A stretch of 64,000 nucleotides of DNA from Deltaproteobacteria bacterium (GTDB lineage: Bacteria > Myxococcota_A > Polyangia > Fen-1088). The DNA is taken from NCBI GenBank assembly GCA_033763315.1, contig JANRKS010000026.1, positions 90,821-154,820 on the forward strand, given 5' to 3'. A model generated the notes under the pieces. It did no database searches and was not told the DNA's origin. It saw only the letters and a list, made by a program, of their open reading frames with translations. How positions within the stretch are numbered: the first letter of the stretch is position 1; the number at the start of each line of letters is the position of its first letter. The position numbers and the translations under genes were made by a program. Below, piece after piece: positions 7,895 to 16,929 of the stretch.

Positions 7895-10861
7895 GTGTAC
7901 AAAGTCGCCATCTGTTTGTTTTGGACTTTGTTCTTTGCGCCCGCGGTCCAAGCCTTTGCCTACGAAACCTTAGGCACAACCGTCACCACGCGGCCGCGCC
8001 CCCTTGGCAAGCCCCCTTTGCGCACCTTCACGGTAAACGGGCGCGTGTGGGACTTTGCCCAAACACGTGACGGTCGCCTATGGTCGGCAGGCAGCCTCGG
8101 GTTGAGCGCCTTTGAGGGCAAGGCTTGGAGCGTGATCGAAGGGGACGGAGCGCCCCGTGGCGAGATCCGCGCGCTTGCACTTATGCCCGATGGGTCGCTT
8201 TACGCGGGTGGCGCCCAGGGGCTATGGCGGTTGCCAGAGCCGGGTTGGACGTTCACGAAAGTGGGCGGACCTCCCCTGGCCGTGCAGGCGTTGGCTTCGA
8301 TCGGCAACAAGCTGTGGGTGGGCACGCCCCAAGGCCTTTATGTGCTTGCAGACGATCAAGGGCCCCTGCAAGCGCGTCTCATTGATGACACCGAAGGCAA
8401 GAACGTCACGGCACTGGCAGCCACCGGTGACGGCGAGAACGTTTGGGTGGGCACCACGCAAGGCATCGAATTGCTGGCCGGGCAAACCCTCGCAAACGTC
8501 TGGCAAGGCAGCGCTGTCCACGCAATCACCGGATCCAAGGGCGGCACCTGGTATGCCGGCAGCGAAGATCACGGATTGCTTGTGCGGCAAGCCGGTGGCG
8601 CGTGGACGTCCGGCGTGGGCAAGGATTGGGCGTTTGATCCCACAGTGTTGAGCGTGGCGGTCGACGGCCCCAACGCCTTGTGGGCCGGCATCAGCAGCGG
8701 CCTTGTGCAAGGGAAGCAGGGCGTTTTTTCGCGCGTCTTGGAAACCAAAGATCTGCCTGAAGCGCGCGTTCAAGCCTTGTTCGTAGACGAAAGCCACAAC
8801 TTGTGGATGGGGCTCGACGGCAACTCGGTGGTGCAGTTACGCCAGGACTTGCCCATCGCCGCGTATCCTCACGCCGAAGGTGAATTGCCGTTTGCCCTGA
8901 CCAGCACCAGCGATGGCTCCGTGTGGATGACGATGGGCCGTGGGTTGCAGCGATGGACCGATAAGCAGTTGAGCCTCATCATGCCGGCCAAACGCCCGTT
9001 CTGGAGCCTTCGTTCCATCGCGGCGGCGTCGCCCGCCCGGCTGTGGGCCGCGGACTTCAACCTCGCGGTCCTGCAACTAGACGTCGCTGCGGAGGGCTAC
9101 GAACTGGCAGCGCTGCCCGGCCGTGGAGGACGGTTGGAAGGCGCCACCACCACATATGCCGCCCCCGACGGTTCGTTGTGGCTTGGCTATGACAACGGTG
9201 ATGTGGCGCATGTACGCGGTGAACAAGTGGATGCCTACCCTGCGGACGCTTCGGGTTGCAACGGGCGCATCACACGCTTGCTGCAATACACGCCGACCCA
9301 GATCCTCGTGTCCACCACCGAAACGGGCGCGTGCCTGCTGCACTTGCCCACCAAGCACTATGAACGCGTTGGTACGCCCGCTGAGCACGCCTATTCGATC
9401 ACCACGCTTGCGCGTCTATCGAACGGCGAAGTGTGGCTTGGTTCGCTGCAAAACGGCGTGGGCCGCCTGGCCAACAAACACATCACGTGGGTGGGTTATG
9501 ATCAAGGCTTGCGCACCGAACTGGTGGCCGCGATCCTCGAAGATCGCCGGCACAACATTTGGTTGGCCGCGCGCTCTGGCATCATCCGGATCCCCGCGCA
9601 CCAGCTTTCAGATACCGCTGACGGCAAACGCACAGGGGTTGAGCCCTTGCCGCTGGCCACGGCCGATGGGTTGATGAGCACCGATTGCTTTTCTGGGTGG
9701 GCGGATCCAGCGGTGGTGGACACCCAAGGCAAACTTTGGATCCTTACACTCAAGGGACCGTTGATGATCGACCACCCTGAAGGTTGGCCGGCACCTGTGT
9801 GGCATGCCCCTGAGATCGCCTCGCTCTCGATCAATGGCCGTCCGCTTTACGCACGCGGGGGCGAAACCTTGCAAGCGAGCGCCGATCAAGGCAACGTCGA
9901 GATCCACTACCGCGCGGTGGCCCTGTCCGAAGGGCGGCGGGTGCAATTCAGGTACAAGCTGGATGGCTTCGACAAACAGTGGGTGGAAGCCAGCGATCGC
10001 GCCGAGGCATTCTACACAAACTTGGCGCCCGGCCGATACCAGTTTCGCCTGCAGGCCAGCTTGCGCGGTTTTGGGGCCGTCAAAGACATGCCACCGCTTG
10101 TGGTGAAGCTGATCCCACCCTTTCATAAGACCGTTCCGTTTTACATTCTTTGCGCGCTGGGCGCGCTCGCGCTCGTGGCGCTGGTGATGCGCGCAAGGTC
10201 GCAGGAGCGACGTCGCCAGCAGACTTTGCTCGCGGCGGAGCGTCGCCGCATCTCACAAGACATACATGATTCGCTCGAACAAACCTTCGTGGCAATGCGG
10301 TTTCAAATGGATGCGGCACGTCTTGTGCTGGGCGCCAATGAGCCCGCACAAGGGCCGTTGGAGCGAACCATGTCATTGATGAACCGCGCTATGAAGGAGA
10401 CCCGGGCGGCCATTTGGGCGTTGCGCGCTGAATTTCCGGGCAAAGCGGATCTGGTTTCACAGATCGCCATCGTGGCCGGTGAAGCGTCGCAAGGCCAAGG
10501 TTTGCAGGTGCAGGTCAAAGCCACAGGTGAGCCATTCGCCTTACCTGTGGAGGTGCAACGCCATGCGCTCCAGATCACACGCGAGGCACTGTCAAACGCG
10601 ATGAAACACGCCAAGGCCGCCAACGTGCTAGTGGAGATTTCGTTCACCGCTGCGTCCGTCATGATAAGAATGACCGACGACGGGCAGGGGTTTTCTTTAC
10701 AGCCGTCAGTCACGCTTGCAGGACATTATGGGCTTAGCGGTATGAAAGAACGGGCGCAGCAGATTCGTGCACAGCTGGACATACAAAGCACACCGGGGAA
10801 AGGCACCACGGTTGCCCTCACCATTCCCCGCCCCCATAAGCCTAAACAAGGACTGTCATGA
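7895..10861 (+). CDS. Beta-propeller/Y_Y_Y sensor histidine kinase (HisKA_3)
   Basis: Repeated (D)GxLWxG blades, FRYKLDGFD..YTNLAPGRYQF, TM, ERRRISQDIHDSLEQ, EALSNAMKHA, DDGQGF. Confidence 0.92.
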   Translation: MYKVAICLFWTLFFAPAVQAFAYETLGTTVTTRPRPLGKPPLRTFTVNGRVWDFAQTRDGRLWSAGSLGLSAFEGKAWSVIEGDGAPRGEIRALALMPDGSLYAGGAQGLWRLPEPGWTFTKVGGPPLAVQALASIGNKLWVGTPQGLYVLADDQGPLQARLIDDTEGKNVTALAATGDGENVWVGTTQGIELLAGQTLANVWQGSAVHAITGSKGGTWYAGSEDHGLLVRQAGGAWTSGVGKDWAFDPTVLSVAVDGPNALWAGISSGLVQGKQGVFSRVLETKDLPEARVQALFVDESHNLWMGLDGNSVVQLRQDLPIAAYPHAEGELPFALTSTSDGSVWMTMGRGLQRWTDKQLSLIMPAKRPFWSLRSIAAASPARLWAADFNLAVLQLDVAAEGYELAALPGRGGRLEGATTTYAAPDGSLWLGYDNGDVAHVRGEQVDAYPADASGCNGRITRLLQYTPTQILVSTTETGACLLHLPTKHYERVGTPAEHAYSITTLARLSNGEVWLGSLQNGVGRLANKHITWVGYDQGLRTELVAAILEDRRHNIWLAARSGIIRIPAHQLSDTADGKRTGVEPLPLATADGLMSTDCFSGWADPAVVDTQGKLWILTLKGPLMIDHPEGWPAPVWHAPEIASLSINGRPLYARGGETLQASADQGNVEIHYRAVALSEGRRVQFRYKLDGFDKQWVEASDRAEAFYTNLAPGRYQFRLQASLRGFGAVKDMPPLVVKLIPPFHKTVPFYILCALGALALVALVMRARSQERRRQQTLLAAERRRISQDIHDSLEQTFVAMRFQMDAARLVLGANEPAQGPLERTMSLMNRAMKETRAAIWALRAEFPGKADLVSQIAIVAGEASQGQGLQVQVKATGEPFALPVEVQRHALQITREALSNAMKHAKAANVLVEISFTAASVMIRMTDDGQGFSLQPSVTLAGHYGLSGMKERAQQIRAQLDIQSTPGKGTTVALTIPRPHKPKQGLS

Positions 10862-11487
10862 GCAACGCAATCCGCGTGATGATCGTTGACGATCATGGCA
10901 TCGTTCGCGAAGGGCTGGCCGCCGTCATAAAGACAGATCCGGAACTGAGCCTCGTGGCGTCCCTGGAGACCGGGCAGGAGGCTTTAGACCAATACGATCA
11001 ATACGCCCCCGACGTGGTGCTGTTGGATTTACGCATGCCCACCATGGATGGCCTCACAACGTTAGAGCGCCTCAAACGCCGGCACCCGAGCGCGCGCGTG
11101 CTGATGCTGTCGAGCCACGCCGGCGACGACGCTATAGCCAAAGCGCTCGCTGGGGGCGCGCTTGGGTACGTGCTCAAGACGATGTCTGTCACAGACATTC
11201 TTGCATCCATTCACGCCGCCAAACGCGGACGCGTGGCCCCGCACCCCACCGTGGCGGGGCAGTTGGCGCAGCGGGTGTTTTTCGAGCAGCTCAGTGACCG
11301 CGAGGTGGAAGTGTTGCATCGCGTGGCGCAAGGCGAAAGCAACAAAGAGATCGCGCACAACCTCGGCATCAGCGAGAGCACGGTCAAGAATCACATCAAC
11401 CACATCATGTCGAAGCTCAGCGCTTCGGATCGCACCCAGGCAGTCACGATCGCCGTTCAACGCGGCATCATCGATTTGGGCGGCTAA
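10858..11487 (+). CDS. NarL/LuxR-family response regulator
   Basis: IVDDH, LLDLRMP, LSDREVEVL..GESNKEIA..TVKNH; ATGA overlap with the kinase. Confidence 0.95.
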   Translation: MSNAIRVMIVDDHGIVREGLAAVIKTDPELSLVASLETGQEALDQYDQYAPDVVLLDLRMPTMDGLTTLERLKRRHPSARVLMLSSHAGDDAIAKALAGGALGYVLKTMSVTDILASIHAAKRGRVAPHPTVAGQLAQRVFFEQLSDREVEVLHRVAQGESNKEIAHNLGISESTVKNHINHIMSKLSASDRTQAVTIAVQRGIIDLGG

Positions 11488-11783
11488 CGCGTCAGGCGTT
11501 CCACCACGGTCATTAACTCGTCGATGGACGCGCGCCCGTCGCCGCCTTCTATCGCATGTGCCACGCACCCCTGGGTGTGGTTGCGCAGCAGTTCTATTGA
11601 CACGGAGCTCAAGGCGGAACGCACGGCCGCAATCTGCGTCAAAATGTCGATGCAGTAGCGATCTTCCTGCACCATGGCGGCCACGCCACGCACTTGCCCT
11701 TCGATGCGCGCCAAGCGCTTTTGCAAGGCGGCTTTGTCGGGTTGGTGAACGTGGGCGGCGCTGTGCTTCGCTTTACCCGACAT
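11484..11783 (-). CDS. csoR: CsoR copper-sensing repressor
   Basis: RLARIEGQVRG, YCIDILTQ, HTQGC (C-H-C ligands). Confidence 0.92.
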   Translation of the reverse strand: MSGKAKHSAAHVHQPDKAALQKRLARIEGQVRGVAAMVQEDRYCIDILTQIAAVRSALSSVSIELLRNHTQGCVAHAIEGGDGRASIDELMTVVERLTR

Positions 11784-11979
11784 CGTAACCCGCGTCTTCA
11801 ACGACGGACTTCAGACCGCTGTCATCCGTTTGGCTTTCATCAAACGTCACCTGCGCCTGCCCTGGTTGCAACGTCACCTGTACGTCTTGCACTCCCGGGA
11901 CCGCCTTGAGGGCACGCGTGACCGCAGACACGCAGCCTCCACACGTCATGCCTTGTATCGCTATCGTTGTTGTTTTCAT
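11773..11979 (-). CDS. copZ: Copper chaperone
   Basis: GMTCGGC, HMA-domain length, ends AGY. Confidence 0.92.
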   Translation of the reverse strand: MKTTTIAIQGMTCGGCVSAVTRALKAVPGVQDVQVTLQPGQAQVTFDESQTDDSGLKSVVEDAGYDVG

Positions 11980-11994
11980 GATCCTCTCCTTTGC

Positions 11995-14175
11995 TTAGTG
12001 AGCGACGCTGCGAAAGCGGCGCAACAAGAGTGCATTGCTGACCACCGACACCGAGCTGGCCGCCATGGCTGCGCCCGCGATCACGGGGCTCAGCACCCCG
12101 AACGCCGCAAGCGGGATGCCAACCACGTTGTAGAAAAACGCGAAGAACAGATTCTGGTGAACCTTTGCCAAGGTTTTGCGCGCCAACGCGAGGGCGTCGA
12201 TGGCGGCCAAGGGATCTGATCGCATCAAAGTTATATCAGCTGTTTCAATCGCCACATCGGCGCCTGCGCCCATCGCGATACCCACGTCGGCAACCGCCAA
12301 CGCAGGCGCATCGTTGATGCCATCACCCAACATCGCAACACCGCCTTTGCCTTGGCGCGCCGCCTTGACGGCCGCGGCCTTGTCTTGCGGCAACACCCCT
12401 GCCTGCCACGTGGCAATGCCCACTTCGGTGGCCAAGGCACGCGCTGTGGCTTCATTGTCGCCCGTCAGCAGCACCACGTGCAGGCGCGCCGCGTGGGCGT
12501 CCTTTACGAAGCGATGGGCTGTGCCGCGCAGTTTGTCCGCAAGTCCCAGATACCCCAGCACCACTTGGCCTTTGGCAACCACAACCACGGTGCGCGCTTG
12601 TAGTGCCAGCTTGTTCACAACATGGTTGTCCAAAGCCAAGCCTTCCGTTTGTGCAAACGACACGGAGCCAAGGCTGTGGATGTCACCATCGATCTCCCCG
12701 CGCACCCCGTGGCCCGGCAGCGCGACGAAGTTTTGTACGAGCGGCTGCGCCAAGTGGCGTTGTGCCGCGGCGTCCACCACGGCTTTGGCCAACGGATGCT
12801 CTGAACCCGCTTCAAGCGCAGCGGCCACGGTGAGCAAACTGGCTTCATCGCCCACCACGGGTATCACGTCGACCACCACGGGACGGCCTTCGGTCAGAGT
12901 GCCGGTTTTGTCCACCATTAACGTCGTCACTTTCGCCGCACGCTCCAAAGCATCGGCGCTGCGAATCAACACGCCTAAACTCGCACCACGCCCCATGGCC
13001 ACTGTGATGGCGGTGGGCGTGGCCAAACCCAAGGCGCACGGACACGCAATCACCAGCACCGCCACTGCGTTCTGCAGCGCTTGGCCGACGTTGCCTTGCC
13101 ACCACCACAAGCCAAACGTCAGCGCCGCGATGACCAGGACCACAGGCACGAACACCCCCGATACCCGATCGGCCAGCTTTTGGATGGCGGGCTTGGAGCC
13201 CTGTGCCTGCGCCACCAACCGGATGATGCCGCCCAAGACGGTGTTGTCGGCCGTGCCGGTCACACGGCAAACCAATCGACCGTTCGCGTTCATCGTGGCC
13301 GCGAACACTTTGCTGCCCGGCGTTTTGCCCACCGGGGCGCTTTCTCCCGTGAGCATGGCTTCGTTGACGTTCGACTGCCCTTCCTCCACCACGCCGTCCG
13401 CCGCCACAATTTCGCCCGGGCGCACCTCGAACAAGTCACCCACGCGCACGGCCTCGGCGGCCACCATCTGCCACTGCCCTTCGCGCAACACGCGCGCCTG
13501 CGGAGGCCGCAATTTCACCAATGCAGCCAGCGCCGCCGATGTGCGGATTTTGGCGCGATCCTCAAGCAGCTTGCCCAACACAACCAAGGTGATGATGCTG
13601 GCCGATGACTCGAAGTAAAGGTGCTCGTTCCGCTGCAGCAGCACCACAGCAGCACTTGAGAAGAACGCGGCGCTGGTGCCTAACGCCACCAACACATCCA
13701 TGTTCGCCGCGCCGCCGCGCAAGGCATGATAGGCGCCTCTATAAAAGCGCGCGCCCACCACGAATTGCACCGGTGTGGCCAGCGCTAATTGCGCCAGCGG
13801 CGACAACATCAACGCGTGCAGGTGGAAGAACATGACCCCCATTTGCGCGAGCAAGGGGATCGTGAGCAACACCGACACCACGAGCAACCGCAGCGACCAC
13901 AAAGACCGTTTCGCACGCTTGGCGTCCTCCTCGGCGGGGGACGTACTTTGGCTCAAGTGCGCGCTGTATCCGGCTTTCGCAACGGACGCGACGAGATCAT
14001 CGACCGAAGACGTTGCCGGCGAGAACGTCACCTGGGCGCGCTCGGTGGCAAAGTTCACCACAGCTTGCACGCCCGGCCGCCGGTTCAAAACCTTCTCGAT
14101 GCGCGCCGCGCACGCGGCACACGTCATGCCTTGCAGCGAAAGCTCAACGTGCTGCCGTGAGGGCGCGGTGTCCAC
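11995..14175 (-). CDS. copA: Cu(I)-translocating P1B-ATPase
   Basis: GMTCAAC, TGES, CPC, DKTGT, SEHP, GDGINDAP, YN..MAASS. Confidence 0.95.
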   Translation of the reverse strand: MDTAPSRQHVELSLQGMTCAACAARIEKVLNRRPGVQAVVNFATERAQVTFSPATSSVDDLVASVAKAGYSAHLSQSTSPAEEDAKRAKRSLWSLRLLVVSVLLTIPLLAQMGVMFFHLHALMLSPLAQLALATPVQFVVGARFYRGAYHALRGGAANMDVLVALGTSAAFFSSAAVVLLQRNEHLYFESSASIITLVVLGKLLEDRAKIRTSAALAALVKLRPPQARVLREGQWQMVAAEAVRVGDLFEVRPGEIVAADGVVEEGQSNVNEAMLTGESAPVGKTPGSKVFAATMNANGRLVCRVTGTADNTVLGGIIRLVAQAQGSKPAIQKLADRVSGVFVPVVLVIAALTFGLWWWQGNVGQALQNAVAVLVIACPCALGLATPTAITVAMGRGASLGVLIRSADALERAAKVTTLMVDKTGTLTEGRPVVVDVIPVVGDEASLLTVAAALEAGSEHPLAKAVVDAAAQRHLAQPLVQNFVALPGHGVRGEIDGDIHSLGSVSFAQTEGLALDNHVVNKLALQARTVVVVAKGQVVLGYLGLADKLRGTAHRFVKDAHAARLHVVLLTGDNEATARALATEVGIATWQAGVLPQDKAAAVKAARQGKGGVAMLGDGINDAPALAVADVGIAMGAGADVAIETADITLMRSDPLAAIDALALARKTLAKVHQNLFFAFFYNVVGIPLAAFGVLSPVIAGAAMAASSVSVVSNALLLRRFRSVAH

Positions 14176-14182
14176 TCCCCCC

Positions 14183-14211
14183 TATATACCCCCCATGGGT
14201 ATGTGGCGCAA
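14183..14211 (-). promoter_or_regulatory. copA promoter with CsoR operator
   Basis: TTGCGC-N17-TATATA overlapped by ATACCCATGGGGGGTAT (14186-14202), the TAC-C/G-tract-GTA shape of CsoR boxes. Confidence 0.8.
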
Positions 14212-14248
14212 GCCCGGCGCTCAGCGCTTCGATTCGCGTAACCGGCCG

Positions 14249-15232
14249 CTACTGGCTTTGCATCTGTGCGGGCACCACCTGCGGTCCCATCATGTCGCGG
14301 CTCAAGACACCACAGATGTCGCCGCTTTCGTCGATCACGTGCGTCAGCAACTCGTGGATGCCATGACGTAAGCCTGGGCTGCGCCGTTCATCCAACCAAC
14401 GGTTCAATTGGTCGATCTGCTTGTAGGCCGCAAAGCCCGGGCTGCCTTGTTCCTTCACCGCGCCTGGGAAAAGCTCGGTCACCAAACCGCGCGCCACCTT
14501 TGTGCAGTAGCGAATCGATCGCGGGAACGAAGCCTCGAATAACAAGAAGTCAAGCACGCCACTGCGGCTCACTTGCCCGCGGCAGCGGCGCATAAACGCT
14601 TCGTAGCCGGAGCATGCGCGCAGCAACGCCAACCACAAATTCAGATCCACAATCTTGTGCGGATTTTCGCCCGACAGGGTGTGGTGGTGCATATCAAGGA
14701 TGCGCGCCGTTTGCGCCGCACGCTCGAGCATCGTGCCCAGCCACAAGAACGCCAGCGGCGGCTCACGCAACATTGTGCTGCGGGCCAGGCCCAAACACAG
14801 CTGCCCCGCGCGGCGCACGCGGCGGTAAAACTCGTCGCGGTTGCGTTCATACTCTGAACGCGCCTCGGGTTGCGACATCCACAAGTAAAGTTCGTTGATC
14901 TCTTCCCACACCTCGCCGCTAATCACATCGCGCACTGTGCGCGCCGACTCGCGTGCGGCGCGGATGGTTGACCACAAGCTCACGTGGTTGTCGTGATCCC
15001 ACGTGGTGTATTCCTGCACCACGCTGGCGTCGCCCGCCTGCTCTGCAGAAAACCGCTTCAAAAAAGCGGGATATTCCCCCGAAACGATCACCACCGGCTG
15101 CCAGCACTGCGCCACCGAGATCTCGGCGTCGAACGAAAGGGCACGCGTCACCTGCAACAAGCGCGCGGTGCTCTCCGCGCGTTCCACATAACGGCCAAAC
15201 CAAAAGCAGTTGTCAGCTACACGGGCGATCAT
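14249..15232 (-). CDS. Alpha-E domain protein (DUF403)
   Basis: MIARVADNCFWFGRYVERAESTAR, second LERAAQTAR, FPRSIRYC. Confidence 0.92.
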   Translation of the reverse strand: MIARVADNCFWFGRYVERAESTARLLQVTRALSFDAEISVAQCWQPVVIVSGEYPAFLKRFSAEQAGDASVVQEYTTWDHDNHVSLWSTIRAARESARTVRDVISGEVWEEINELYLWMSQPEARSEYERNRDEFYRRVRRAGQLCLGLARSTMLREPPLAFLWLGTMLERAAQTARILDMHHHTLSGENPHKIVDLNLWLALLRACSGYEAFMRRCRGQVSRSGVLDFLLFEASFPRSIRYCTKVARGLVTELFPGAVKEQGSPGFAAYKQIDQLNRWLDERRSPGLRHGIHELLTHVIDESGDICGVLSRDMMGPQVVPAQMQSQ

Positions 15233-16752
15233 TTGCTTTCCTTTTGCACCCAGGTGTCTTTCGAACCGCCACCTTGGCTTGAATTCACAACATACGAACC
15301 TTCACGCAACGCCACCCGCGTTAGCCCGCCCGGCAACACCCACGATTCGAACCCCAGCCCGCCCTGCACCGCACCCGTTAAGATAAACGGCCGCAAATCA
15401 ACCCGACGCGCGCCCAAGCTGTTTTGCTCGGGATCCCACGTGGGGCACGTGGAAAGTTCGATGCGATGCTGGGCGATGTACTTGCGCGGTTCAGCCAGGA
15501 TGCGGCGGCGGAATTCCTCGCGCTCGGTGCGCGTGGATTGTGGCCCCATCAACATGCCATAGCCGCCCGCCTCGTCCACCGCCTTGACCACCAAGTCGCC
15601 CAGGTGATCGAGCACATAACGCCGATCGTCTTCCAAGATGCACTTATAGGTGTGCACCTGCGCCAACTTTGATTCTTCGCCGAGGTAGAACCTGATCATG
15701 TCAGGCACGTAGGGATAAATGGCTTTGTCGTCCGCCACGCCATTGCCCGGCGCGTTCACCAGCGCCACGTTGCCTTTGATGTAAGCCTTCATCAACCCTT
15801 TGACGCCCAACATGCTGTCGGGGCGGAAGAACAACGGATCCAAGAAGGCGTCGTCAGTGCGGCGGTAGATCACGTGAATGCGCTGAGGGCCATAGGTGGT
15901 TCGCACGTAAACCTTCTCGTTGTCCACGAACAGGTCACTGGCTTCCACCAACTCGACGCCCATCATGCGCGACAAGAACGTGTGTTCGAAGTACGCGGAG
16001 TTATAGGGGCCCGGCGTTAACAGCACAGCCGACGGGTCCGTGGCCACGGGCGACACCGAATTAAGCGTGCGGGCGAGCTGCATCGGGTATTCATCGATTT
16101 GGCGCACGCCCAAACGTTCAAGCGAATGTTGAAACACACGCTTGGTGACCACGCGGTTCTCAAGCACATACGAAACGCCCGACGGCGTGCGTAGGTTGTC
16201 TTCAAGCACGCGAAATGTGCCTTCAGGATCGCGAATCAGATCGACGCCGGCGATGTGGATGCGCACGCCCTTGGGCGGCACCACGCCACACAGCTGTGGC
16301 ACAAAACTCTTCGCCCCCAACACCATGTCTTTGGGCACCACACCCGCTTTGAGAATGCGCTGTTCGCCGTAGACGTCGGCCAAAAACAGTTCCAGCGCGG
16401 CCATGCGCTGCTTCAGCCCTTCCTCAACGCGTTCCCATTCGGTGCCAGAGACAACCCGGGGAACGATGCAGAAAGGAAAGATCTTCTCGGTGCCGCGGTT
16501 GTCTGAGTAGACCGAAAACGTTACGCCCTGGTTGATCAGCGACAGCTCCGCGAGATCTTGCCGCTGCCGAAACGCTTCAGGCGTAAGCTCACCAATCAGT
16601 TTCACAGCCACATCAGCGTGCGGATGCGGCTGACCATGTAAATCCACCAACTCGTCGTAAGCGTTGGCGAGCGGCTTATAATGCGCCAAGAGAGAGTCGG
16701 GTCGCAGGTCCATGGACGCAAGTCTAGGTTTCTCCGCTTTCGAATTCACCAA
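15229..16752 (-). CDS. Circularly permuted type 2 ATP-grasp protein
   Basis: VLEDNLRTPSGVSY, LTPGPYNSAYFEH, GVADDK, VDLRPF, PGGLTRVAL..NSSQGGGSKDTWV; start may be 16713. Confidence 0.93.
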   Translation of the reverse strand: MVNSKAEKPRLASMDLRPDSLLAHYKPLANAYDELVDLHGQPHPHADVAVKLIGELTPEAFRQRQDLAELSLINQGVTFSVYSDNRGTEKIFPFCIVPRVVSGTEWERVEEGLKQRMAALELFLADVYGEQRILKAGVVPKDMVLGAKSFVPQLCGVVPPKGVRIHIAGVDLIRDPEGTFRVLEDNLRTPSGVSYVLENRVVTKRVFQHSLERLGVRQIDEYPMQLARTLNSVSPVATDPSAVLLTPGPYNSAYFEHTFLSRMMGVELVEASDLFVDNEKVYVRTTYGPQRIHVIYRRTDDAFLDPLFFRPDSMLGVKGLMKAYIKGNVALVNAPGNGVADDKAIYPYVPDMIRFYLGEESKLAQVHTYKCILEDDRRYVLDHLGDLVVKAVDEAGGYGMLMGPQSTRTEREEFRRRILAEPRKYIAQHRIELSTCPTWDPEQNSLGARRVDLRPFILTGAVQGGLGFESWVLPGGLTRVALREGSYVVNSSQGGGSKDTWVQKESK

Positions 16753-16929
16753 TATAATCGGACATTTACTAACAATAAACGCTTAAGAAACCTGGCGGTT
16801 ACGTTCGCCCCTTATTCTGGTATGACCTCGGCCCAGGCTTGCAGCCTGTTTTTTGCGAGAGTTGTCCTGCCGTCGCTGCATGACATCAGGATCCCAAGCG
16901 ACCATGAACAACCAAGCTAACTGCGCCGA